Position numbers and translations under genes: made by a program
The notes under the pieces: generated by a model
Told to the model about the DNA's origin: nothing
The model's input: the letters and a program-made list of their open reading frames with translations, nothing else
The model's database searches: none
DNA from: Alphaproteobacteria bacterium
GTDB lineage: Bacteria > Pseudomonadota > Alphaproteobacteria > JAJTHO01 > CANGYM01
DNA: 64,000 nt
Assembly (NCBI GenBank): GCA_044375675.1
Contig: JBILMD010000002.1
Coordinates: 105,104-169,103 of the forward strand
Direction: 5' to 3'
In this document: piece by piece, positions 57,784 through 64,000 of the stretch
How positions within the stretch are numbered: the first letter of the stretch is position 1
How the letters are laid out: each line of letters starts with the position of its first letter

Positions 57784-59283
57784 ATGCACACGTCAGACAC
57801 CATGAGGGATTTCTTGAAAAATCCCTCTCATTATGAAGGTGGGGGCACCGTTACCCTTCACGAAACCCATGGGGCTTGGGTGGGTGTGGGGGGAAACATC
57901 GCCATAAAGGTCAAAAAGCCGGTTCTGTTCCCGTACATGGATTACAGCACACCAGAAAAACGCCGTGATCTATGTTTTCGGGAAATGGCGCTGAATCAAC
58001 GCACGGCCCCCCATCTGTATCGGGAAATCCGGATGATTGCCCAGCACCCTGACGGGACGTTGTTTTTTACGACGGATCCCAGTAATGCCGTTGTGGATTA
58101 TGCCATTGTGATGAATCGTTTTGATGATCATCGTTTGTTGTCAGAACAGTCCTCTTTTTCTGAGGATGTGTGTGAACGTTTGGCTGCCCGCATTGCCGCG
58201 TTTCACAAAAACGAAGTGCCCCTTTCGGGCATTGATGGTTACGCCATGATGGTGGGGGTGGTTCAGGGGAATGATGGGTGTTTTTCTCCCTATCCCAACG
58301 CATTGCCCCAAAATCAAACACGCGCTTTGACAGCACACTGCCTAAAAGCCTTAGAGGAGCATAAGGGACTTTTGCAGGATCGTTCCGCCCGTTTTTTAAA
58401 GCAGTGTCACGGGGATTTGTATTTAAAAAACATCTATGTGGACACGGATGGCCAGCCTGTTTTGTTTGATTGTATCGAATTTAATGATGCCTTTGCCCAG
58501 ATTGATACGGCCTATGATTTGGCTTTTTTGCTGATGGATGTGAAATTTCGGGGGATGGCGCGGGAGGGATTTTGGATTCAGCATACCTATGTTCAGCAAA
58601 CAGGGGATATCGAGGGTTTGTTGCTGATGCCCGTGTTTATGGCCATACGGGCGGCCATTCGCTCTCATGTGTCTTTGGCTATCGCCCAAGGCATTACGGA
58701 TGCAGGGGCGAAAGATGGATTTTTGGGGGATGCCAAGGCCTATTTGGATCTAGCGCTGTCTTTGGTGGCCCAGAAAAAGGGATCGGTGACGGCCTTTGGG
58801 GGGTATGCGGGCAGTGGAAAAACAACACTGGCCCGAGCGTTTTCCCAAAAAACGGGGGCGGTTTTGGTATCCAGCGATGATGTGCGTAAACAGATGCATG
58901 GGGCGGCGGTGACGGAGACTCTGCCACAGACGGCCTATACCGATGAAAAAAACAGGGCTGTTTATAATCGTCTGCAGACCTTGGCCCTGGGGCTGGCGCA
59001 AACGGGCCAAGATGTTGTTTTGGATGCGACCTTTTTGCAGCAAGAGGGCAGGGAGGCTTTGGTAGACCAGCTAACAAAAGAAGGCATTGCTTTCCGCGGA
59101 TTCTGGGTGCAAGCCCCCGATGATTTGGCAGAGGCCAGAATGGATCAACGCGTAGGGGATGCATCGGATGCCACATCAGAGGTGCGTCGCCGGCAGAAAC
59201 AAAGCGATGTCGGTGCGATCACGTGGCCCCGTTTGTGGGGGCATACATCCACCGAGACTGTTTTGCAGGAGATTGCGGCATGA
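57784..59283 (+). CDS. Bifunctional aminoglycoside-phosphotransferase-like kinase / P-loop ATP-binding protein
   Basis: APH/ePK-like catalytic loop HGDLYLKNIY with a D-x-x-D-L-A metal-binding region, plus C-terminal Walker A GYAGSGKTTLA (gluconate-kinase/zeta-toxin-like fold). Confidence 0.7.
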   Translation: MHTSDTMRDFLKNPSHYEGGGTVTLHETHGAWVGVGGNIAIKVKKPVLFPYMDYSTPEKRRDLCFREMALNQRTAPHLYREIRMIAQHPDGTLFFTTDPSNAVVDYAIVMNRFDDHRLLSEQSSFSEDVCERLAARIAAFHKNEVPLSGIDGYAMMVGVVQGNDGCFSPYPNALPQNQTRALTAHCLKALEEHKGLLQDRSARFLKQCHGDLYLKNIYVDTDGQPVLFDCIEFNDAFAQIDTAYDLAFLLMDVKFRGMAREGFWIQHTYVQQTGDIEGLLLMPVFMAIRAAIRSHVSLAIAQGITDAGAKDGFLGDAKAYLDLALSLVAQKKGSVTAFGGYAGSGKTTLARAFSQKTGAVLVSSDDVRKQMHGAAVTETLPQTAYTDEKNRAVYNRLQTLALGLAQTGQDVVLDATFLQQEGREALVDQLTKEGIAFRGFWVQAPDDLAEARMDQRVGDASDATSEVRRRQKQSDVGAITWPRLWGHTSTETVLQEIAA

Positions 59284-60098
59284 CCGCCCGCGTGACTTTT
59301 TGGGGTGTGCGTGGATCCATTCCCTGTCCAGAGCCGGATTTTATGGGCTATGGGGGGCATACCTCGTGCGTCACTGTGGAGTTGGGGGAGGATTTGCTGA
59401 TTTTGGATGCCGGATCCGGTTTGCAAAAACTGGGACGCTCGGATTTGGTGAAGCGTCACAAAACCCTGCATCTTTTGTTATCGCACGCCCATTTGGACCA
59501 TATCATGGGGCTACCTTTTTTTGCCCCGCTTTATGATCCGGACTATACGGTGCATTTTTATGCCAGACCTGCCACGGGGGAAACGGTGGATGGGGTACTC
59601 AAAAAAATGCTGATGCCCCCGTTTTCCCCTGTGACCACAGAGACCTTTCGGGCCACGTTGCATTTTCATGCTTTTGAGGACGGGGAAAGCCTGAGAATCA
59701 GCAATCATACCATCGCAACCCATCCCCTAAACCACCCTGGGGGTAGCATGGGGTATCGTATGGCTTCAGATACAGGATCATTGTGTTACATCACCGACAC
59801 CGAACACACGGTTGGGAAAACCGATGAAGGTTTGGTGCGTTTTATCAAAAACAGTGATTGTTTGATTTATGACAGCATGTTTTGTGATACCAACTTTACC
59901 CCTTATATCGGATGGGGCCATTCGACCTGGCAAGAGGGAGTCCGCTTGCAAGAAAAAGCGGGCGTAAAAACGTTTTTCCTGTTTCATTATAGTCCCGATG
60001 CCGTGGATGGTGTCCTGAGGGATTTGGAGGTAGGTTTGGAAAAATCCTACGGATCACACGTTCGTCTTGCCAAAGAAGGCGTATGCGTTTATGTTTAA
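59280..60098 (+). CDS. MBL-fold metallo-hydrolase (PhnP/ElaC-like)
   Basis: HxHxDH motif (LLSHAHLDHIMG). ATG overlaps the upstream stop (ATGA). Confidence 0.75.
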   Translation: MTARVTFWGVRGSIPCPEPDFMGYGGHTSCVTVELGEDLLILDAGSGLQKLGRSDLVKRHKTLHLLLSHAHLDHIMGLPFFAPLYDPDYTVHFYARPATGETVDGVLKKMLMPPFSPVTTETFRATLHFHAFEDGESLRISNHTIATHPLNHPGGSMGYRMASDTGSLCYITDTEHTVGKTDEGLVRFIKNSDCLIYDSMFCDTNFTPYIGWGHSTWQEGVRLQEKAGVKTFFLFHYSPDAVDGVLRDLEVGLEKSYGSHVRLAKEGVCVYV

Positions 60099-60264
60099 AG
60101 GACAATTTTTTGATCCTTTTTCAAAGCATAAGCGCATCAGAGCCCCAAAATTCAACCATAGGTTGAATTTTGCTTTTGGAAATCAGGACATTATCCTGTT
60201 GCACTACCCTGTTTTTTGGGTAATATCTGCCAAGTTTTGACAGCTTTAAAAAAACAATCAAAAG

Positions 60265-61374
60265 TTGAAATTCATGAAAATCATGCATGCTATCGGCGGT
60301 GAGACTTTTGGAGGGGCGGAAAGTCACTTTGTTCGTCTGGTTTGCGCCCTTCATCACAGTGGTTTGGCGCAGCATGTTGTGATGCGTCATCATCCCCAGC
60401 GCATGGCTACGCTCAGGGCCGCAGGGGTAACGGTGACCGAGGCCCCGTTTCAGGGATTTTTGGATGCAAAAACCAGGGATATCTTGAAACAAGAAGCCAA
60501 GACTTTTGCCCCTGATATTGTCCAAAGTTGGATGTTTCAGGCCAGCCGTATGATGCCCGTGGGGGATTATATGCGTCTGGGGTGGTTACGGGGGTTTCAC
60601 CATTTGGAAGATTATCGGTATTGCGATCACTTGTGCGCTTTGACCAAAGGCATTGTGTCCTCGATTGTTGCCCAAGGATGGCCTTCGGAGCGGATCCATC
60701 AGGTCCGCCCGTTTGCGGAGGCCAAGTTGGGTAAAAAAATTCCCAAATCCACCTATAAAACCCCCGAAGATGCCCCCGTGATTTTGGGTCTGGGGCGTTT
60801 GCACTGGCATAAATCGTTTGACACGGTGATTCAGGTGCTTACCCAGATTCCGGAGGCCTATTTCTGGTTAGCCGGCGAGGGGGAGCAGAGAACAGATTTG
60901 GAAAATTTTGCAAAATCCATAGGGGTTTTTGATCGTGTGCGGTTTTTGGGATGGCACGAGGATCAGGCGGATCTTTATGCCACTGCGGATGTTTGCGTTT
61001 TGCCCTCACGCTACGAGCCCTTTGGGTTGGTGATGATCGAGGCATGGGCGCACAAAATCCCCTTGGTGGCGACGCGGGCGGCCGGACCCCGTGCCACGGC
61101 CCAGGATATGGTGGATGCGCTTTTGGTGCCCATTGATGATATTGATGCCTTTGGTGAGGCCATTCGCCGCATTCTAACCGATGATATTTTACGGGCGTCC
61201 CTAGTGGCTAACGGTTTTAACCACTACAAGCAGGATTATACGGTGGATTCTACGGTGGCCCAATATCATCGTCTTTATCAAGATATTTTGGATCAGGGAC
61301 CCATGATCCATCGTGGATTATCTCGTTTGGGGCAAATTAAAGATTCCCTTTTGGCGTTGTTTCTTTCAAAGTAG
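60265..61374 (+). CDS. Family 4 glycosyltransferase (GT-B fold)
   Basis: N-terminal GGAE(S/T) motif (GGETFGGAESH) and C-terminal E-x7-E region (RYEPFGLVMIEAWAHKIP). Confidence 0.75.
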   Translation: MKFMKIMHAIGGETFGGAESHFVRLVCALHHSGLAQHVVMRHHPQRMATLRAAGVTVTEAPFQGFLDAKTRDILKQEAKTFAPDIVQSWMFQASRMMPVGDYMRLGWLRGFHHLEDYRYCDHLCALTKGIVSSIVAQGWPSERIHQVRPFAEAKLGKKIPKSTYKTPEDAPVILGLGRLHWHKSFDTVIQVLTQIPEAYFWLAGEGEQRTDLENFAKSIGVFDRVRFLGWHEDQADLYATADVCVLPSRYEPFGLVMIEAWAHKIPLVATRAAGPRATAQDMVDALLVPIDDIDAFGEAIRRILTDDILRASLVANGFNHYKQDYTVDSTVAQYHRLYQDILDQGPMIHRGLSRLGQIKDSLLALFLSK

Positions 61375-61413
61375 AGTCTTTGCCGTTTCGCCCTTATTAT
61401 TTTTGGAGGCTTT

Positions 61414-61866
61414 GTGACTGTTCCATCTTTTCAAATGACCATTAAAACGCAGTATCTGAAGGATTTTTCTGTGGAAAATCCCAAAGCGCCGCATATTTTC
61501 AGCGCCCTGAAGGCCCAGCCCCAAGTGACCATTCAGGGGGATGTTTTGGCCCAAGCGTTGGATGCGGAGCATCATGAAGTGGCCCTGCGCCTGACGCTGC
61601 AAATGATGGACGAAGCCGCCCAGCCCATCTGCATCATGGACACCCTGTATGCAGGGGTTTTTCATTTTACCCCCGCCCTGAATGATCCGGAACATCCCAT
61701 TTTGTTTATTGAGGCCCCGCGTTATCTGTTTCCCTTTACGCGCCAGATTCTGGTGGATGCGACGTTGCATTGTGGGTTTCCTCCTGTTTTTATCCAGCCC
61801 ATTGATTTTGCCGCTTTGTATCATCAGCGGCAAGAGCAAGGCCAACAAACCAAGGCCGCATCTTAA
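61414..61866 (+). CDS. secB: Protein-export chaperone SecB
   Basis: Conserved SecB blocks (ENPKAPHIF, LFPFTRQIL.DAT..GFPPV.IQPIDFAALY). Confidence 0.82.
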   Translation: MTVPSFQMTIKTQYLKDFSVENPKAPHIFSALKAQPQVTIQGDVLAQALDAEHHEVALRLTLQMMDEAAQPICIMDTLYAGVFHFTPALNDPEHPILFIEAPRYLFPFTRQILVDATLHCGFPPVFIQPIDFAALYHQRQEQGQQTKAAS

Positions 61867-61920
61867 CAGGGTTGTTTCGTTGATCGCATCGTCATAAACC
61901 TTTTTTAGGGGAAGCCCACC

Positions 61921-62193
61921 ATGACCGTGACCGAAGTGACCGACATCATGCGAGAGGCTCTTTGGGTCACCATCAAGCTATCCTTGCCCATTTTGCTTGT
62001 GGCTTTGATCGTGGGGCTTGTGGTGTCGCTGTTTCAGGCCCTGACCCAGATTCAGGAAATGACCCTATCGTTTATTCCCAAAATTCTGTCTGTGTTTACG
62101 GCTTTGGTGTTCCTGTTTCCTTTTATGCTCACCACCTTGATGGACTATACGATCAAGCTGTTTGATCGTCTGCAAACGGTGGGGGCCTCTTAG
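61921..62193 (+). CDS. fliQ: Flagellar biosynthetic protein FliQ
   Basis: 90 aa, two TM helices and FliQ N-terminal motif (EALWVTIKLSLPILLVALIVGLVVSLFQA.TQIQE). Confidence 0.9.
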   Translation: MTVTEVTDIMREALWVTIKLSLPILLVALIVGLVVSLFQALTQIQEMTLSFIPKILSVFTALVFLFPFMLTTLMDYTIKLFDRLQTVGAS

Positions 62194-62204
62194 AAGGATA
62201 TCAC

Positions 62205-63290
62205 ATGCGGCTGCCCCGTGTTCATATTGATGCGGAATCCCTGATTTATAACCACCGCACCATGCAGGGGCTGGCCCCTGCATCCCTGTGCGGAGCTGTG
62301 GTGAAGGCCAATGCCTATGGTTTGGGTTTGACGCCCGTGGTGCCGCTTTTGGCGGGGGCAGGGTGCTCTCTTTTTTACGTGGCCAGTTTGGATGAGGGGG
62401 TTGCGGTGCGGCGTCTGCTGCACGACCATGGGTTTTTGACCCCAGAGATTGTGGTGTTTCATGGGTATTTGGCAGAAGAAATGCCGGTTTATCAGCAGCA
62501 TGGCATCATTCCGGTGTTAAAAACGTCGCAGGCGTTATCCTCTTGGTTTTCCGGGGATCATGGGCCCGCCGTGGTGGAGTGGGACACGGGGATGCATCGC
62601 TGTGGTTTATCCCCCGCGCTGGCGGAGGAGGTTTCCCGTCTGGACCCCAAACGTTTGCATCATATCATGACGCATCTGGCGGCGGCGGATGTGCCGGATC
62701 ATCCCCTGAACGTTCAGCAAAAAGATGTTTTTGATGCCATCACCCGCTTTTTCCCAGGTATTCCTACCAGCATCGGGGCCAGTCATGGGGTACTTCTGGG
62801 GCCGTCCTATCATGGAACATATGTTCGTATAGGGATTGCCCTTTATGGGGGGGTTCCGCACCCTGATTTGCGTCCTGTGGTGCAGGTTCGCGCCCCCATT
62901 TTAGAGGTACGCTCCATCGCCGCCGGCGAGAGTGTTGGTTACGGGGCCAGCTATATCGCCCCCCGTCCCCGTCAGATCATGACCGTGGGGTTTGGGTATG
63001 CGGATGGGTATTTACGGTCCTTTTCCAATGTGGGGCAGGCCATCATCAGAGCCAAAGATGGGTCTGTGTTCCCTTTGCCCGTGGTGGGCCGCGTTTCCAT
63101 GGATGTCACCACGTTGGATGGGACAGATGTTCCGGAGTCTGTGGTATCAGAGGCCAACGAGGTTATGTTTTACGCCCCTGAACAAGGGGGCATCATCGCC
63201 GCCGCCCACAGTGCGGGGACCATTCCCTATGAACTGTTGACCAGTTTAAAGCCAACGTTGGCGCGGTGGGTGGGGGCAGAGGGCAGGTGA
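62205..63290 (+). CDS. alr: Alanine racemase
   Basis: PLP-binding Lys motif (VVKANAYGLG) and the C-terminal alanine racemase domain. Confidence 0.9.
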   Translation: MRLPRVHIDAESLIYNHRTMQGLAPASLCGAVVKANAYGLGLTPVVPLLAGAGCSLFYVASLDEGVAVRRLLHDHGFLTPEIVVFHGYLAEEMPVYQQHGIIPVLKTSQALSSWFSGDHGPAVVEWDTGMHRCGLSPALAEEVSRLDPKRLHHIMTHLAAADVPDHPLNVQQKDVFDAITRFFPGIPTSIGASHGVLLGPSYHGTYVRIGIALYGGVPHPDLRPVVQVRAPILEVRSIAAGESVGYGASYIAPRPRQIMTVGFGYADGYLRSFSNVGQAIIRAKDGSVFPLPVVGRVSMDVTTLDGTDVPESVVSEANEVMFYAPEQGGIIAAAHSAGTIPYELLTSLKPTLARWVGAEGR

Positions 63291-63307
63291 GGGGGCAAAA
63301 AGCCCAT

Positions 63308-64000
63308 TTAGACGTTTTCTTGCAGAAAGGCGTGCGCCATGCGGTTACCGGCCACGATCTGGCCAGAATCGAGCATGGTGTCTTTGCCCCCAAAGTCGGT
63401 GACCAGACCGCCAGCCTCTGTCACCATCAGCAAGCCGGCCGCGATGTCCCAAGATTTCAGGTGATCCTCAAAATACCCATCATAGCGCCCCGCCGCCACA
63501 TAGCATAAATCCAGCGCGGCCGACCCAAAACGACGAATCCCCGCCACCTTGCCCATAATTTGGTTCAGGCTTTTTAAAAAAGGGGCTGTTTGACCATGTC
63601 CGGCAAAGGGACAGCCGGTGGCAATCACACAGTCCATAAGATGACTGCGACTGGACACACGCAAGCGACGTTGATTGCAAAACGCGCCCCCGCCCTTGCT
63701 GGCCCAAAACACCTCTTGTTTAATGGGATCATGCACCAGACCCGCCACAATCTGGCCGCGATCCTCCACGGCGATGGAAATGCAAAAATGGGGGATGCCG
63801 TGAATAAAGTTGGTCGTTCCGTCAATGGGATCCACGATCCAGTTGATGTCACGGGGATCGGGCTCGGATTCTTCGCCAATAAAACCATAATCAGGACGGG
63901 CATGCATAAGCTCTTCATAAAGCAAAGCCTGGGTCCGATGGTCCGCCACCGTGACAAAATCGGCGGGACCCTTGCGGGAGGGTTGCAGGTTTTCAACCTC
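63308..64000 (-). CDS. suhB: Inositol monophosphatase family protein (SuhB-like); N-terminus outside the window
   Basis: IMPase motifs WIVDPIDGTTNF and the metal-binding region. Homology (DFVTVADHRTQ...) continues upstream of the ORF-track start to the window edge. Confidence 0.85.
   Translation of the reverse strand, partial: EVENLQPSRKGPADFVTVADHRTQALLYEELMHARPDYGFIGEESEPDPRDINWIVDPIDGTTNFIHGIPHFCISIAVEDRGQIVAGLVHDPIKQEVFWASKGGGAFCNQRRLRVSSRSHLMDCVIATGCPFAGHGQTAPFLKSLNQIMGKVAGIRRFGSAALDLCYVAAGRYDGYFEDHLKSWDIAAGLLMVTEAGGLVTDFGGKDTMLDSGQIVAGNRMAHAFLQENV

Overview
This is a 64 kb chromosomal segment of a flagellated alphaproteobacterium, about 52-55% GC overall and densely coding on both strands. 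The lineage guess rests on the gene set: SecB, BolA, Nfu/NifU, a DUF4167 protein, the dapA-smpB pair and an APH/P-loop kinase fusion.

Housekeeping genes dominate: hslU (5' partial), smpB, dapA, aroB, rnpA, gor, phoU, trpS, prmC, glpX, lpdA, dnaQ, ftsH, the secE-nusG-rplK-rplA block, leuC, hemW, hom, rnj, ssb, ruvB, murA, pdxH, secB, alr and suhB (partial at the window end). There is an RNase P RNA (rnpB) and a single tRNA-Val(GAC). Flagellar genes are scattered across the window: flhB, flgE-flgD-fliK and fliQ.

Three low-GC (about 35-43%) putative horizontally acquired islands interrupt the housekeeping genes:
- a lone SAM-dependent methyltransferase;
- a YbjQ-YbjQ(TM)-M48 peptidase triplet, with a poly-G(8) tract inside the peptidase gene;
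- a 1004-aa phosphoenolpyruvate carboxylase (PEPC)-like protein whose catalytic motifs are degenerate. Beside it lie an orphan Phd/YefM antitoxin and a structured ~110 bp dispersed repeat.

A secreted arylsulfatase and its formylglycine-generating enzyme partner form another insert. It sits between tRNA-Val and rplA, bounded by mosaic dispersed repeats, and it cuts the otherwise universal rplKA-rplJL-rpoBC linkage.

Short nested-palindrome repeat modules recur at several synteny breakpoints, including the one that leaves nuoE isolated next to lpdA. No CRISPR array, integrase or transposase ORF was recognised.

The most novel candidates are:
- the PEPC-like pseudoenzyme island;
- the YbjQ/M48 module;
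- the repeat family itself.
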